64,000 bases of DNA. Source: Pristiophorus japonicus (lineage: Eukaryota). Below the pieces are notes generated by a model that was not told the DNA's origin, ran no database searches, and saw nothing but the letters and a program-made list of their open reading frames with translations. Positions 25,035-37,773 of this stretch are shown one piece after another; the first letter of the stretch is position 1, and each line of letters begins with the position of its first letter. The stretch is taken from NCBI RefSeq assembly GCF_044704955.1, contig NW_027251778.1, positions 496,001-560,000 of the forward strand, given 5' to 3'. The translations under genes and the position numbers were made by a program.

Positions 25035-26491
25035 GGTGTGCAACCTCTGAATATCTCACAGTTCTGGGCACTGTGGCATTTACTGACCCCCTGCCTCGCA
25101 TGTTCAATGTGCGGGTGGGAGGGGCCAATCTCTTGTCACCAGTTCATTGGCTCCCTCATCGGGACTGGTCATTCCCGGGGTGGTGCTCATGAGGACTCCG
25201 GTGAAAGGGCGGTCCATGGATCATTCATTGGAGAGGGCAGTGATGGTGAGAAGGGATTTATACAGTGTGTCTGACTCACTCTCAGGATTTAATCTGTGAA
25301 TGAGGGGCTTTAACTCTGTATCTAACCAGTAAGAGAGAGATTAATCCCGACATAACAAGGCAGGCGTGGACGTTACTCTGAATGTAATCATTAAAATACA
25401 GGTCTTCCTTTGCTTTTTTGTTCGTTCCAACCATCTCTCTTTCTTTGCTTCTTTCTATCATTCCCTTTCTTTATTTCGTTCCTCACTCCTTCTTCCCTTC
25501 TTTCTCTCTTTCTTTCATCTGCACTTTCTCTCTTTCTTTACCTTTTTACTTTTATTTCCTTCTTTCTTTCAAGCTGTCGTTCTTTATTTTTTCTTTCTCT
25601 CTTTCTTTCTTTCTTTTTCAGACTCTCGAGCTTTCTTTCTCTCTTTATGTATTTCCTTCTTTTAATATATCTTTCTATCCTTCTATGCTTCCTTTCTTCT
25701 TTCTAACTCTCACATTCTAACCTTTATTTCTTCAATTTACAACCCCTATCCTTCTTTCTTTCTTTAATTGTCTATTTCTATCTTTCTTTCCTTCTATCCT
25801 TCTTTCTTCCTTTCTTTATTTCTTTCATTTACTCTTTCTATGCTTCTTTCTTTCATTCATTCACTCTTTCTATCCTTCTCTCCTTCTTTCTATCTTGCTT
25901 TCTAGATATTTTTCTTTCCTGCTTTCCTGCTCTCCTTCTTTCTCTCTAACCTCTCCCTTTCGCTTTCCTTCTTACTTTCTCTTTTTATTTCTAACCTTCC
26001 CTCTTTCCAGCGTTGTTTTTTATGTCCGTTTTTCCCTCCTCTGTCTGCGTTTCGTTCTATCTTCATTTTTTTCATTACTTTATTTCTGTAACTCTTTCTC
26101 TAAATCATTTTGCCTTTCATCGATTCAAACTTTCAATGTTTCTTCCATCCTTTCTCTCTCTTTCATTGTTTATCATTATTTCCCTCTCCTGCCCGTTGAT
26201 GTAATTTTGCCTTTATTTCTCGCTTACATTAATTCTCTCCATTTTCCTTTATTTCTCTCACTTACATTTCCTCTTTCACTTTTTCATTTTCTTTCTGTCT
26301 TTCTTAACCTTTTTATAAAATGTAATACCCTCCCTTGCATTGCTGCACGCTTCCTTTCATTTTTCAGTCAGCTCCTTCAACTTTTATCTTTGTTTCATGC
26401 AATGAAACTTTCTTTATTTCGAGCTATGGTTTACTCTTTCATTCCATCTGTCCATCTCGCAAGGATCAAAAGTGCTGAGATATGATCTCTG

Positions 26492-26505
26492 CTGCCCACT
26501 GGTGA
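26492..26505 (-). promoter_or_regulatory. CTCF-like motif TCACCAGTGGGCAG (type-II flank)
   Basis: Core-like match with the same orientation as the type-I sites. Confidence 0.5.
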
Positions 26506-26559
26506 CCATTATCTTACATGCTCGTCCCCTCCACGGGAGTGACCAACTGCAGATATCGT

Positions 26560-26900
26560 GTACAGACAGACAGACAGACAGACAGATAGATAGACAGACA
26601 GGTCGAGCGACAGACAGATAGATAGATCGATAGACAGAAAGACAGACAGATAGACAGAGAGACAGATAGATAGACAGACAGGCAGGCAGACAGATAGATA
26701 GACAGATAGACAGAGCAGAAATAAACAGATATAGAGATAGACAGATAGACAGACAGACAGTCAGATAGACAGTTAGACAGATAGATATAAAGTTAGAGAT
26801 AGATAGGTAAACAGAGAGATAGATAGCTAGATAGAGAGAGAGAGAGCCAGAGAGACAGACAGACAGACAGTCAAACAGATAGATAAATGTGTAAATAAAC
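26560..26900. repeat. GACA/GATA microsatellite
   Basis: Tetranucleotide repeats just 3' of the V8 RSS. Confidence 0.9.
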
Positions 26901-26956
26901 ATACAAACTTCGACAACGAGACAGATATATCTTCCACACGTTTGCTGCCATGGTGG

Positions 26957-26995
26957 GGTTTGTGTCGAGCCCCTCCATTTCCCTGAGTCACTGTG
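26957..26995 (-). other. 23-RSS of V8
   Basis: CACAGTG-23-ACACAAACC. Confidence 0.95.
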
Positions 26996-27950
26996 CAGAC
27001 TCCAGGCGCAGTAATACACGGCCACCTGATCCGCCCGCAGGCCGGAGGTCTCCAGGTAGAAGTGGGTGTTGTCGGGTCTCCTGGCGGTGAATCCGTCCAC
27101 CTCACCAGAGGGATCGACCATTTTGACGTATCTGGACAAGAAAAGGTTCTGAGGCTCGCGGTCAGGATGCCACCGGTACCAGTAGAAATAGGAGGTATCT
27201 GTTGCTTCTGTGTAAAGACACTCGATGCTAACCGGAGTGCCCGGGGAATTGGATATGGAAGCGGGGGTCTGTTGGATCAGCACGGCCCCCACATCTGTAA
27301 AACCGAGAAAGAGAGGGAGTTCGAGATAGAGATAAACCCAGCGAGATATTGCATATAAACACCTGCAATGAAGGGGCAGAGGAGGGGATAGAGAATGCGC
27401 GAGTGAGGGGCGAGAGAGTCAGAGAGACAGAGCGAGAGGGAGAGAGCGAGAGAGAGTGAGGGAGGGAGGGAGACAGCGGGACGGACAGAGAGAATGGAAA
27501 AGACAGAGAGAGAACGAGATACAGAGAGAGAGATAATCCGAGCGACAAGCTACACATCGGTGGAGGATGAGAAGAAGCACATGAGGAGACAGCGATAGAA
27601 ATGAGAAAGAGAGAGCGANNNNNNNNNNNNNNNNNNNNNNNNNNNNNNNNNNNNNNNNNNNNNNNNNNNNNNNNNNNNNNNNNNNNNNNNNNNNNNNNNN
27701 NNNNNNNNNNNNNNNNNNNNNNNNNNNNNNNNNNNNNNNNNNNNNNNNNNNNNNNNNNNNNNNNNNNNNNNNNNNNNNNNNNNNNNNNNNNNNNNNNNNN
27801 NNNNNNNNNNNAGGGAGAGAGAATCTACACCAGCCCGCGGTGTGAAGGAACACACGGGGATATTAAAGTGAGTATCGATGATATCTCACAGCCCAGCTCC
27901 ACCTTACCCGTTAACACCAGCAACACAAGCCAGAGCTGGGACACAGGCAT
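26996..27950 (-). CDS. TRBV: V8: TRBV family B, using the second leader ATG
   Basis: Upstream ATG lost; leader 27950-27908 MPVSQLWLVLLVLT; open V exon 27294-26996. Confidence 0.83.
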
Positions 27951-29013
27951 CTCTGGGGGTGCGAGATCCGGGGGTTCAAAGTGTGAAACCTCTGACTATC
28001 TCACAGTTCTGGGCAATGTGGCATTTACTGACCCCCTGCTCGCCAATGTTCAATGTGCGGGTGGCAGGGGCCAACCTCTCTTCACCAGTTCATTGGCTCC
28101 CTCATCGGGACTGGTCATTTCTGGGGCGGGGCTAATGGTGACTTTCAGTAATCCGTGCTCTGTCTCCGCCCTTTAATGGTGAAGTCTGGAGTTCCTTAAA
28201 CCCACACCACGGAGGCTTTACTCTGTATCTAATCAGTAAAAGAGAGCTCTATCTTTCATTCTCTCTTCCATTCTTTCTCACTTTCTATTCTTCTCTAACC
28301 TTCTTTCTCTCTTTCCTGCTTTCTCCCATTCTTCTTTCGTTCGTTCTCTCTTTCATTTTCTGCTTCTTTCTCTCTTCCCCCTTTTCTTTCTCTCTTTCTT
28401 TCTTTACTTCTTTCTTTCTCTCTATCTATCTCTATTTCTTTTCATTTTCTTTGCTTCTGTCTTTCATTATGTTTTTCTCTCTTTCTTTTCTCTTGTCCTT
28501 TAATTCTTTCTTATTTCCTTCTTTCTTTCTTTCGTACCTTTTTTCCTTCTGACCTTCATTTTCACTACTTTCTCTCTGTGTTTCGCTATATCTCATATTT
28601 CCTTAAGTTCTTTCTGTCTTTTGTTATCTAAATCCTTTTTCCTTTCATCGAATCAAAGTCTCGATATTTCTTCTTTTCTTTCTCTTTCATTATTTATCTG
28701 TCTTTCCGTCTCCTGTTCGTTGACTTTATTTCTGCCTTTCTTTTTTGCTTTCATTCCTTCGCTCCTTTTTTCTTTCTTTCTCCCACTTTCATTTCCTCTT
28801 TCTCTTTCTTACATTATTTCCTTCTTTCATGATCCTTTTTATTCTAATCAATTCCCTTGCATTCCTATTCACTTCCTTTCAATTTTATTTCCGTTAGTTC
28901 AAAATTTAGCTTTCTTTCAGCCGATGAAACTTTATTTATTTTGAGCTACGGTTTATTATTTCATTCCATATCTCCGATTCGAGAGGATCAAACGTGCTGA
29001 GATGTGATCTCTG

Positions 29014-29027
29014 TTGCCCCCTGCTGA
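29014..29027 (-). promoter_or_regulatory. CTCF-like motif TCAGCAGGGGGCAA (type-II flank)
   Basis: Strong match to the CTCF core. Confidence 0.6.
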
Positions 29028-29329
29028 ACATTACTTTATACATTCATCCGCCCCACGAGCGGATCCAACTGCAGATGNNNNNNNNNNNNNNNNNNNNNNN
29101 NNNNNNNNNNNNNNNNNNNNNNNNNNNNNNNNNNNNNNNNNNNNNNNNNNNNNNNNNNNNNNNNNNNNNNNNNNNNNNNNNNNNNNNNNNNNNNNNNNNN
29201 NNNNNNNNNNNNNNNNNNNNNNNNNNNNNNNNNNNNNNNNNNNNNNNNNNNNNNNNNACCAGAGAGATATTTAAATGGGTAAAGAGACCCACAAACAGAA
29301 GCATAGACAGGTATTTCCTGCTATGGTGG

Positions 29330-29368
29330 GGTTTGTGTCGAGCCCTTCCATCGCCCTCAGTCACTGAG
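29330..29368 (-). other. Defective 23-RSS of V9
   Basis: Heptamer is CTCAGTG (CAC broken), followed by 23 bp and ACACAAACC. Confidence 0.88.
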
Positions 29369-30044
29369 CAGAATCCAGGCGCAGTAATACACGGCCGACT
29401 GATCCACCTGCAGGCCGGAGGTCTCCAGGTTAAACTCCTTGTCATTCGGTCGCTTGGCAGTAAAACCATCCACCGTCCCCTCTGGATCCACGAAATTAGT
29501 ATCCGCGGAGATAAATGTGGACTGCGGCTCTTTCCTCGGGTCCTATCTGTACCAATACATGTAAGAGCTGCTTAATCCTTCCACAGTGCATTTTAATTCC
29601 TCTGCCTCGCCGGGAAATCTGGAGACAGCGGCCGGAGTCTGGCGGATAGTCTGTGAGCTCACGTCTGGGAAAGAGGCGGTCAGTAAACAGGGACATACTG
29701 GCAATGCATGAAAAAAAGNNNNNNNNNNNNNNNNNNNNNNNNNNNNNNNNNNNNNNNNNNNNNNNNNNNNNNNNNNNNNNNNNNNNNNNNNNNNNNNNNN
29801 NNNNNNNNNNNNNNNNNNNNNNNNNNNNNNNNNNNNNNNNNNNNNNNNNNNNNNNNNNNNNNNNNNNNNNNNNNNNNNNNNNNNNNNNNNNNNNNNNNNN
29901 NNNNNNNNNNNNNNNNNNNNNNNNNNNNNNNNNNNNNNNNNNNNNNNNNNNNNNNNNNNNNNNNNNNNNNNNNNNNNNNNNACTTAGATTTTGTAAAAGT
30001 CCCTTACACTGAAACAAGAGCATCAGATCCAGTAACTGATATAT
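29369..30044 (-). pseudogene. TRBV: V9: TRBV family A pseudogene
   Basis: Start ATG changed to ATA (30044-30042), WYR-TAG stop at 29545-29543, broken heptamer; V exon 29664-29369. Confidence 0.92.
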
Positions 30045-31034
30045 CTTTGACTTGAAGATTTCCCTCAATAATGAAAGGAGCGAGAGCAGGAGCGGGGAGT
30101 CTGTGAGGAGCCAAATTCGCTCTTTTCAAATCATTGAGGAAAATATGAAGAATGTGAGGAAATGATTGACAGACAAAGCTCCTCCCTCTCTGACTGACAG
30201 ACACAACCCCTCCCTCTCAGATTGACAATCAAATTCCCTCCCTCTGATTTTGAGACAAAGCACCTCCCCCTGATTGACAGACAAAGCCCCTTACTCTCTG
30301 ATTGATAGACAAAGCCGCTCCCGCTCCGATTGACAGACAACGCCCCTCCCTCCCCGATTGTCAGCCAGCCCCTGCCTCTCTGATTCGCCATGATTGGAGA
30401 AGATGGCAAGTGGGCATGAACTGTTGAGGTGCAAAGAGTTTTCGAAGACCATGTCCACAAATCACTACCAATGAGTGGATAGTTACGGGTGAATGGGGCT
30501 GGGATACAGAGAGAAAGAATTGATGCTTCAGCTGCACAGACCCGCAGTCAGATTTCAACTGGAGAACTGCCTTCAGTTCTGGGCACTGCACCTCCCTGTT
30601 AGACTTGCATGGGCTTCAACACAGATTCAACAGAATGACAGCACGGCCGGGGAGTTAAATGAGGAGGACAGGTTGCATCAACGTGGCTTTTATTACCTTG
30701 ACTAAATGAGATTCGTCGGTGAGTTTATTGAGGTTGGTAAAGCATTAACAGGGGTTGATATGGTAGATAGTGAGAATCAATTTCCTCCAGTCGGGGACTC
30801 CAAAGCGAAGAGCCAGATACTTCAAATTAGTGCCAGCCGGTTCAGGCATTGCATGAGAAACCACTTCTTCACACAAATAGTAGTGGCAATATGGAACTCT
30901 CTTCTACAAAAGCTGTTGAGGCTTGGGGGGAAAGGCATGCTTCAAGAGAGCGACTGGTACAGTTTTGTTTGGGTAGGTGTGTCACGTTATATGGGGAAAA
31001 GGAGATAAATAATTATCGACCATGATATAACTGA

Positions 31035-31130
31035 ATGAGGCAGCAGGTTCAAGGGGCTGAATGTGTCTCCTCCTGTGACTGTGTAATAGGCTCGAGGGGC
31101 TGAATGGGCCTCCTGTTCCTGTTTTCGTTT
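31035..31130. repeat. Short minisatellite array (about 2 units)
   Basis: Same 43-bp unit. Confidence 0.8.
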
Positions 31131-31172
31131 TGTGAACCATGTTCTGGGCCCAGGTGTGTTTCATCATTTAGA

Positions 31173-31186
31173 GCGCCCTCTACCGT
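31173..31186 (-). promoter_or_regulatory. CTCF-like motif ACGGTAGAGGGCGC
   Basis: Type-I flank site. Confidence 0.5.
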
Positions 31187-31716
31187 CCTGTCAGTGGTGT
31201 AAAATGTATTTTACTTGCGTTCCAACGTTCTGAAAATTCGTTCTTTTTTTACTGTCGTTCTGCCTTTCTATCTGTCTTTATTTTCTCTATCTTTCTTTGC
31301 GACTCTTTTTCCTGCTTCATTCTTTTATTCTTTCCTTCTGTCTTTCGTTCTCTCTTCCTTTCTTTATTTTATTCTTCCTATCTTCCTTTATTTCTATCTT
31401 CCTATCTTTCTATCTTGCTTCTCTACGCTCTACCCTATAAAACACATTGTTAATCTGTGAAGTCAGCTGACAGGTTCACCCCTCAGCCTTCTCTTTTCTG
31501 GACACAACAGCCCCGGCCTGTTCAGCCTTTACTGATAGTTTGAACCTCCCAATTCTGGTGTTATCCCTTGTTAGTCTTTCTTTGCACATTCTCCAGTGCC
31601 TCTACATCTGATCTCTCACTTTCACTCTAATCCATCTCTGCTTGTCAAAAACTCATTCACGCTGCAGAATAAACGCAAGAGGGTTCACCATCCACAGGTG
31701 TTTCCTGCCATGGTGG

Positions 31717-31755
31717 GGTTTGTGTCGAGCCCCTCCATCTCCCTGAGTCACTGTG
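31717..31755 (-). other. 23-RSS of V10
   Basis: CACAGTG-23-ACACAAACC. Confidence 0.95.
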
Positions 31756-32792
31756 CACACTCCAGGCGCAGTAATACACGGCCGCCTGATCCGCCCGCAG
31801 GCTGAAGGTCTCCAGGTAGAAGTGGGTGTTGTCGGGTCTCCTGGCGGTGAATCCGTCCACCTCACCAGAGGGATCGACCATTTTGGCGTATCTGGAAAAG
31901 AACATGTTCTCGGGCTCCCGGTCAGGATGCCACCGGTACCAGTAGAAATAGGAGCTAGCTTCTGCTTCTGTGTAAAGGCACTCGATGCTTACAGGAGTGC
32001 CCGGGGAATTGGATATGGAAACCGGGGTCTGTTGGATCAGCACGGCCCCCGCATCTGTAAAACCGAGAAAGAGAGAGAATTAGAGATAGCGATAAACGCA
32101 TGGAGAAATTGCATATAAACACCCACCATCAAGGGTCGGAGGAGGGGAGAGAGAGCGAGGGAGAGGGGTCGAGAGAGGCAGAGACATAGCGCGACGGAGA
32201 GAGCGAGAGAGAGAGAGTGAGGGGGAGTGAAGCAGCGGGACAGACAGAGAGAGAAAGAAATAAACAGACCGACAATCAAACATCACCGGAGGATGAGAAG
32301 GAGCACATGAGGAGTGAGAGATAGAAACGAGAAAGTGAGAGAGAAAGAGAGAGAGAGAGAGACAGAGTAAGAGAGAGAGGGGGAGAGAGAGAGAGACAGA
32401 GAAAGACAGAGAAAGATAGAGAGAGGGAGAGATAGACACACCTAAAAAGAGAGAGATTGAGAGACAAGGCAAATATAAATGGACAGGCAGGAAATAAGGC
32501 AGACAGACAGAGATAGAGCGGAGGAGAGTGGCAGGGAGAGTGGAAGAGAGATAGATGGAGACAAACAGACAGAGTGCGGGAGGGAGAGAGAGAGACAGAC
32601 AGAGGACACACTATAAACCGAGGGGGCGGGGGGAATCTAGACCAGCCCGCGGTGTGAAGGGACACACGGGGAAATTAAAGTGAGGATCGCTGAGATCTCA
32701 CAGCCCAGCTCCACCTTACCCGTTAACACCAGCAACACAAGCCAGAGCTGGGACACAGGTATCTCTGGGGGGAGGGAGATCCGGGGGTTCAT
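31756..32792 (-). CDS. TRBV: V10: TRBV family B, apparently functional
   Basis: Leader 32792-32720 MNPRISLPPEIPVSQLWLVLLVLT; open V exon 32054-31756 ending YYCAWSV. Confidence 0.88.
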
Positions 32793-32869
32793 GGTGTGCA
32801 ACCTCTGAATATCTCACAGTTCTGGGCACTGTGGTATTTACTGACCCCCTGCTCTCCAATGTTCAACGT

Positions 32870-32946
32870 GCGGGTGGGAGTGGCCAATCTCTCTTCACCA
32901 GTTCATTGGCTCCCTCATCGTGGCTGGTCATTCCCGGGGCGGGGCT
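32870..32946. promoter_or_regulatory. Family-B promoter: two opposed CCAAT boxes and a GC box
   Basis: GGCCAATC...CATTGGC...GGGGCGGGGC; similar elements upstream of the B leaders near 12.7, 28.1, 39.5, 47.8, 56.0 and 61.3 kb. Confidence 0.6.
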
Positions 32947-33541
32947 AACGGGTCCTCTGGGTAATCGGCGCCCTGTCTCCTTTTTTTGATGGAGGAGTCT
33001 GGGGTTCCTTAAACCCACAAAAACACGGAGCCTTTACTCTGAACCTAATCAGTAAAGGAGAGCCCTTTCTTTCATTTTCTCTTTCCTTCTTTCTTTCTAT
33101 CCTTCTCTTTCCAACTTTCTCTCTTTTCTTCTTTCTTGCGTTCTCTTTTTCTTTCTCTGTTTCATTCACTCTTTCTTTCTTGCTTGCATTCTGCCTCGCC
33201 AATCCTTCTTTCTTTTCTTCTTTCATTCCCTCTTTCCTTCCTTCTTTCTCTCTTTCTTTATCTCATTCTTTCTTTCCAGTCCTCACTCTCTCGGTCAGTA
33301 AACAGGANNNNNNNNNNNNNNNNNNNNNNNNNNNNNNNNNNNNNNNNNNNNNNNNNNNNNNNNNNNNNNNNNNNNNNNNNNNNNNNNNNNNNNNNNNNNN
33401 NNNNNNNNNNNNNNNNNNNNNNNNNNNNNNNNNNNNNNNNNNNNNNNNNNNNNNNNNNNNNNNNNNNNNNNNNNNNNNNNNNNNNNNNNNNNNNNNNNNN
33501 NNNNNNNNNNNNNNNACTTATATTTTGTAAAAGTCCCTTAC

Positions 33542-33578
33542 GCTGAAACAAGAACATCAGACCCAGTAACTGATACAT
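33542..33578 (-). pseudogene. Orphan family-A leader exon (V exon deleted)
   Basis: MYQLLGLMFLFQ with GTAAGG donor and A-type promoter. The intron remnant CGGTCAGTAAACAGG at about 33292 abuts CT-rich DNA instead of a V exon. Confidence 0.8.
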
Positions 33579-34464
33579 CTTTGACTTGAAGATTTCCCTC
33601 AATAATGAAAGGAGTGAGAGCAGGAGCGGCGAGTCTGTGAGAAGCCAAATTCGCTCTTTTTAAATCATTGAGGACAATGTGAAGAATGTGAGGATGTGAG
33701 GCAGGTTTGTTGCGTCCATTTCCTCCCTCCGATTGTCATCCCCGCCCCACCCTCTCTGATTGACAGACAAAGCCCCACCCCTTCCTCTCTGATTGACAGA
33801 CAAAGCCTCTCCCTCCATGATTCACCATGATTGGTGCAGGTGGGAAGTGGCAGTTTACTGTGGAGGATTAAAGGGATTTCGAAGACAATGTCCACAAATC
33901 ACTACCAATGATTGGATAGTTGCGGGTGAAGGGGGCTGGAAGACAGAGGGAAAGATTTGATGCTTCAGTTGCCCAGACCCTCAGTCAGAACCCATCTGGA
34001 GAACTGCCTTCAGTTCCGGGCACTGCACCTCCGGGTTAGACTTGCATGGGCTTCAACAGAGATTCAACAGAATGGCAACAGTGCCGGGGGGGCAAATGAA
34101 GACGACAGATTGCATCAACGTGGCTTGTATTACATTGACTATAGGAGATTCGATGGTGAGCTGATTGAGTTTCGTAAAGCATTAAAAGGGGTTGATATGG
34201 TAGATAGAGAGAATCAATTTGCTCCAGTCGGGGACACCAGAAGGAAGGGACAGATCTTAAAGTTAGAGACAGGCTGTTGAGGCATTGCATCAGAAACGAC
34301 TTCTTCACACAAAGAATAAAGGGAATATGGACCTCTCTGCTCCAAAAGCTGTTGAGGCCGGGGGTCAGTTGCAGGCTTCAAGACAGAGATTGGTACACTT
34401 TTGGTTGGGTCTGGATGTCACGGGATATGGTCCAAAGGAGATAAATAATGATCGACATGATGCA

Positions 34465-35045
34465 AGTGAATGGGCCTTCTGTTCCTCTGTAAGGCGCTCG
34501 AGGGGCCGAATGGGACTCCTGTTCCCGTGTAACAGGCTCGAGGGGCTGAATGGGCCTCCTCCTGTTCCTGTGTAACAGGCTCGAGAGGCTGAATGGGCCT
34601 CCTCCTGTTCCTGTGTAACAGGCTCGTGGGGCTGAATGGCCTCCTCCTGTTCCTGTGTAATAGGCTCGAGGGGCTGAATGGGCCTCCTCCTGTTCCTGTG
34701 TAACAGGCTCGAGGGGCTGAATGGGCCTCCTCCTGTTCCTGTGCAACAGGCTCGAGGGGCTGAATGGGCCTCCTCCTGTTCCTGTGTAACAGGCTCGAGG
34801 GGCTGAATGGGCCTCCTCCTGTTCCTGTGTAACAGGCTCGAGGGACTGAATGGGCCTCCTCCTGTTCCTGTGTAACAGGCTCGAGGGGCTGAATGGGCCT
34901 CCTCCTGTTCCTGTGTAACAGGCTCGAGGGGCTGAATGGGCCTCCTCCTGTTCCTGTGCAACAGGCTCGAGGGGCTGAATGGGCCTCCTCCTGTTCCTGT
35001 GCAACAGGCTCGAGGGGCTGAATGGGCCTACTCCTGTTCCTGTGT
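34465..35045. repeat. 43-bp minisatellite array, highly homogeneous
   Basis: About 13 near-identical units. Confidence 0.95.
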
Positions 35046-35649
35046 TCCGATTGTGAAGCATCTTCTGGGCACTCTTTTGTTTCATGTTCTAGTCCGCCCT
35101 ATGCTGTCCGTTTGAAGAAAGAAAATACACTGTCAGTGTTTAAAAATGTATCTTACTTGCATTCCAACTTTCTACAAATTCGTTCTTTTTTTACTATCGT
35201 TCTGCCTTTCTATCTTTCTTTATTTACTTTTTCATTCTTTCTGCTCTTTTTCCTGCTTACAATGTTTCATTCTTTCCTTCTGTCCTTCTATCTTCCTTTT
35301 TTATAATCTTCCTTTATTCCTTTCTTTCTATCTTCCTATCTTTCTATCTCACTTCTCTACGCCCTACCCTGTAAAACGCATTGTTAATCTGTAAAGGCCC
35401 CTGACAGGTTCACGCCTCAGCCTTCTCTTTTCTGGACACAACAGCCCCAGCCTGTTCAGCATTTCCGAATAGTTTGAACCTCTCAATTCTGGTATTATCC
35501 ATGTTAATCTTTCTTTGCACCTTCTCCAGTGCCTCGACATCTAGTCTCTCACTTTTATTCTAATCCGTCTATGCTTGTCAAAAACACATTCGCTCTGCAG
35601 CATAAAAGCAACAGGGTTCACCATCCGCAGGTGTTTCCTGCCATGGTGG

Positions 35650-35688
35650 GGTTTGTGTCGAGCCCCTCCATCTCCCTGAGTCACTGTG
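35650..35688 (-). other. 23-RSS of V11
   Basis: CACAGTG-23-ACACAAACC. Confidence 0.95.
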
Positions 35689-35984
35689 CAGACTCCAGGC
35701 GCAGTAATACACGGCCGCCTGTTCTGCCCGCAGGATGGAGGTCTCCAGGTTAAACTCCTTCTCAGTCAGTCGCTCGGCGGTAAAACCATCCACCGGCAAC
35801 TCTGGATCAACGGCATTGGTACCCACGGAGTAAAACATGGCCTGCGGCTCCGTCCCCGGGTCCTGTCTATACCAGTACATGTTAGGGGTGCTTGCTCCCT
35901 CCACAGTGCATTTCAATTCCACTCCCTCCCCGGGAAATCTGGAGACAGCGGCCGGAGTCTGGCGGATAGTCTGTGAGCTCACGT
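35689..35984 (-). CDS. TRBV: V11: TRBV family A V exon (leader presumably in the N gap 36018-36738)
   Basis: Open V exon; the A-type promoter resumes after the gap. Confidence 0.85.
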
Positions 35985-37409
35985 CTGGTATAGAGACAGG
36001 GAGAGGAGGCGGTCAGTNNNNNNNNNNNNNNNNNNNNNNNNNNNNNNNNNNNNNNNNNNNNNNNNNNNNNNNNNNNNNNNNNNNNNNNNNNNNNNNNNNN
36101 NNNNNNNNNNNNNNNNNNNNNNNNNNNNNNNNNNNNNNNNNNNNNNNNNNNNNNNNNNNNNNNNNNNNNNNNNNNNNNNNNNNNNNNNNNNNNNNNNNNN
36201 NNNNNNNNNNNNNNNNNNNNNNNNNNNNNNNNNNNNNNNNNNNNNNNNNNNNNNNNNNNNNNNNNNNNNNNNNNNNNNNNNNNNNNNNNNNNNNNNNNNN
36301 NNNNNNNNNNNNNNNNNNNNNNNNNNNNNNNNNNNNNNNNNNNNNNNNNNNNNNNNNNNNNNNNNNNNNNNNNNNNNNNNNNNNNNNNNNNNNNNNNNNN
36401 NNNNNNNNNNNNNNNNNNNNNNNNNNNNNNNNNNNNNNNNNNNNNNNNNNNNNNNNNNNNNNNNNNNNNNNNNNNNNNNNNNNNNNNNNNNNNNNNNNNN
36501 NNNNNNNNNNNNNNNNNNNNNNNNNNNNNNNNNNNNNNNNNNNNNNNNNNNNNNNNNNNNNNNNNNNNNNNNNNNNNNNNNNNNNNNNNNNNNNNNNNNN
36601 NNNNNNNNNNNNNNNNNNNNNNNNNNNNNNNNNNNNNNNNNNNNNNNNNNNNNNNNNNNNNNNNNNNNNNNNNNNNNNNNNNNNNNNNNNNNNNNNNNNN
36701 NNNNNNNNNNNNNNNNNNNNNNNNNNNNNNNNNNNNNNCTCTGATTGACAGACAAAGCCTCTCCCTCCATGATTCACCATGATTGGTGCAGGTGGGAAGT
36801 GGCAGTTTGCTGTGGAGGATTAAAGGGATTTCGAAGACAATGTCCACAAATCACTACCAATGATTGGATAGTTGCGGGTGAAGGGGGCTGGAAGACAGAG
36901 GAAAAGATTTGATGCTTCAGTTGCCCAGACCCTCAGTCAGAACCCATCTGGAGAACTGCCTTCAGTTTGGGCACCGCACCTCTGGGTTAGACTTGCATTG
37001 GTTCAACACAGATTCAGCAGAATGGCAGCCGGGCCGGTGGGTTAAATGAAAGGGACAGGTTGCATCAACGTGGCTTGTATTACATTGACTATAGGAGATT
37101 CGGCGGTGAGCTGATTGAGATTTATAAAACATTAAAGGGGTTGCTGTGGTAGATAGAGAGAATCAATTTCCTCCAGTCGAGGACACCAGAAGGAAGGGAC
37201 AGAAACTTAAAATTAGAGCCAGGCCGTTCAGGCATTGCATCAGAAGCCACTTCTTCACACGAAGAGGAGTGGGAATATGGAACTCTCTCTTCCAAATGCT
37301 GTTGAAGTCTTGGGTCATTGGATTCTTCAAGACAGAGATTTGTTCGGGTCTGAGTGTCGCGTGATATGGGGCAAATGAGACAACTAATGATCGACCATGA
37401 TATAACAGA

Positions 37410-37710
37410 TTGGGGCCGCAGTCTCAAGGGACTGAATGGGCTTCCTCCAGTTCCTGTGTAACCGGCTCGCGGGGCTGAATGGGCCTCCTCCTGTTCCTGT
37501 ATAATAGGTTCCAGGGGCATAATGGGCCTCCTCCTGTTCCTGTGTAACAGCCTCGAGGGGCTGAATGGGCCACCTCCTGTTCCTGTGTAACAGGCTTTAT
37601 GGGCAGAATGGGCCTCCTGTTCCTGTGAAACTGGCTCGAGTGTCTGAATGGGCCTCCTGTTCCTGTCTAACAGGTTCTAGGGGCAGAATGGGCCTACTCC
37701 TGTTCCAGAT
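37410..37710. repeat. 40/43-bp minisatellite array
   Basis: About 7 units. Confidence 0.9.
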
Positions 37711-37759
37711 TTCCGATTGTGAACCGTTTTCTGGGCACATGTGTGTTTCATGGTCTACA

Positions 37760-37773
37760 GCGCCATCTACTGT
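37760..37773 (-). promoter_or_regulatory. CTCF-like motif ACAGTAGATGGCGC
   Basis: Close match to the CTCF core. Confidence 0.6.

Noticed and set aside
36018-36738. V11 as a leaderless pseudogene
   Set aside because: The expected leader position lies inside an N gap
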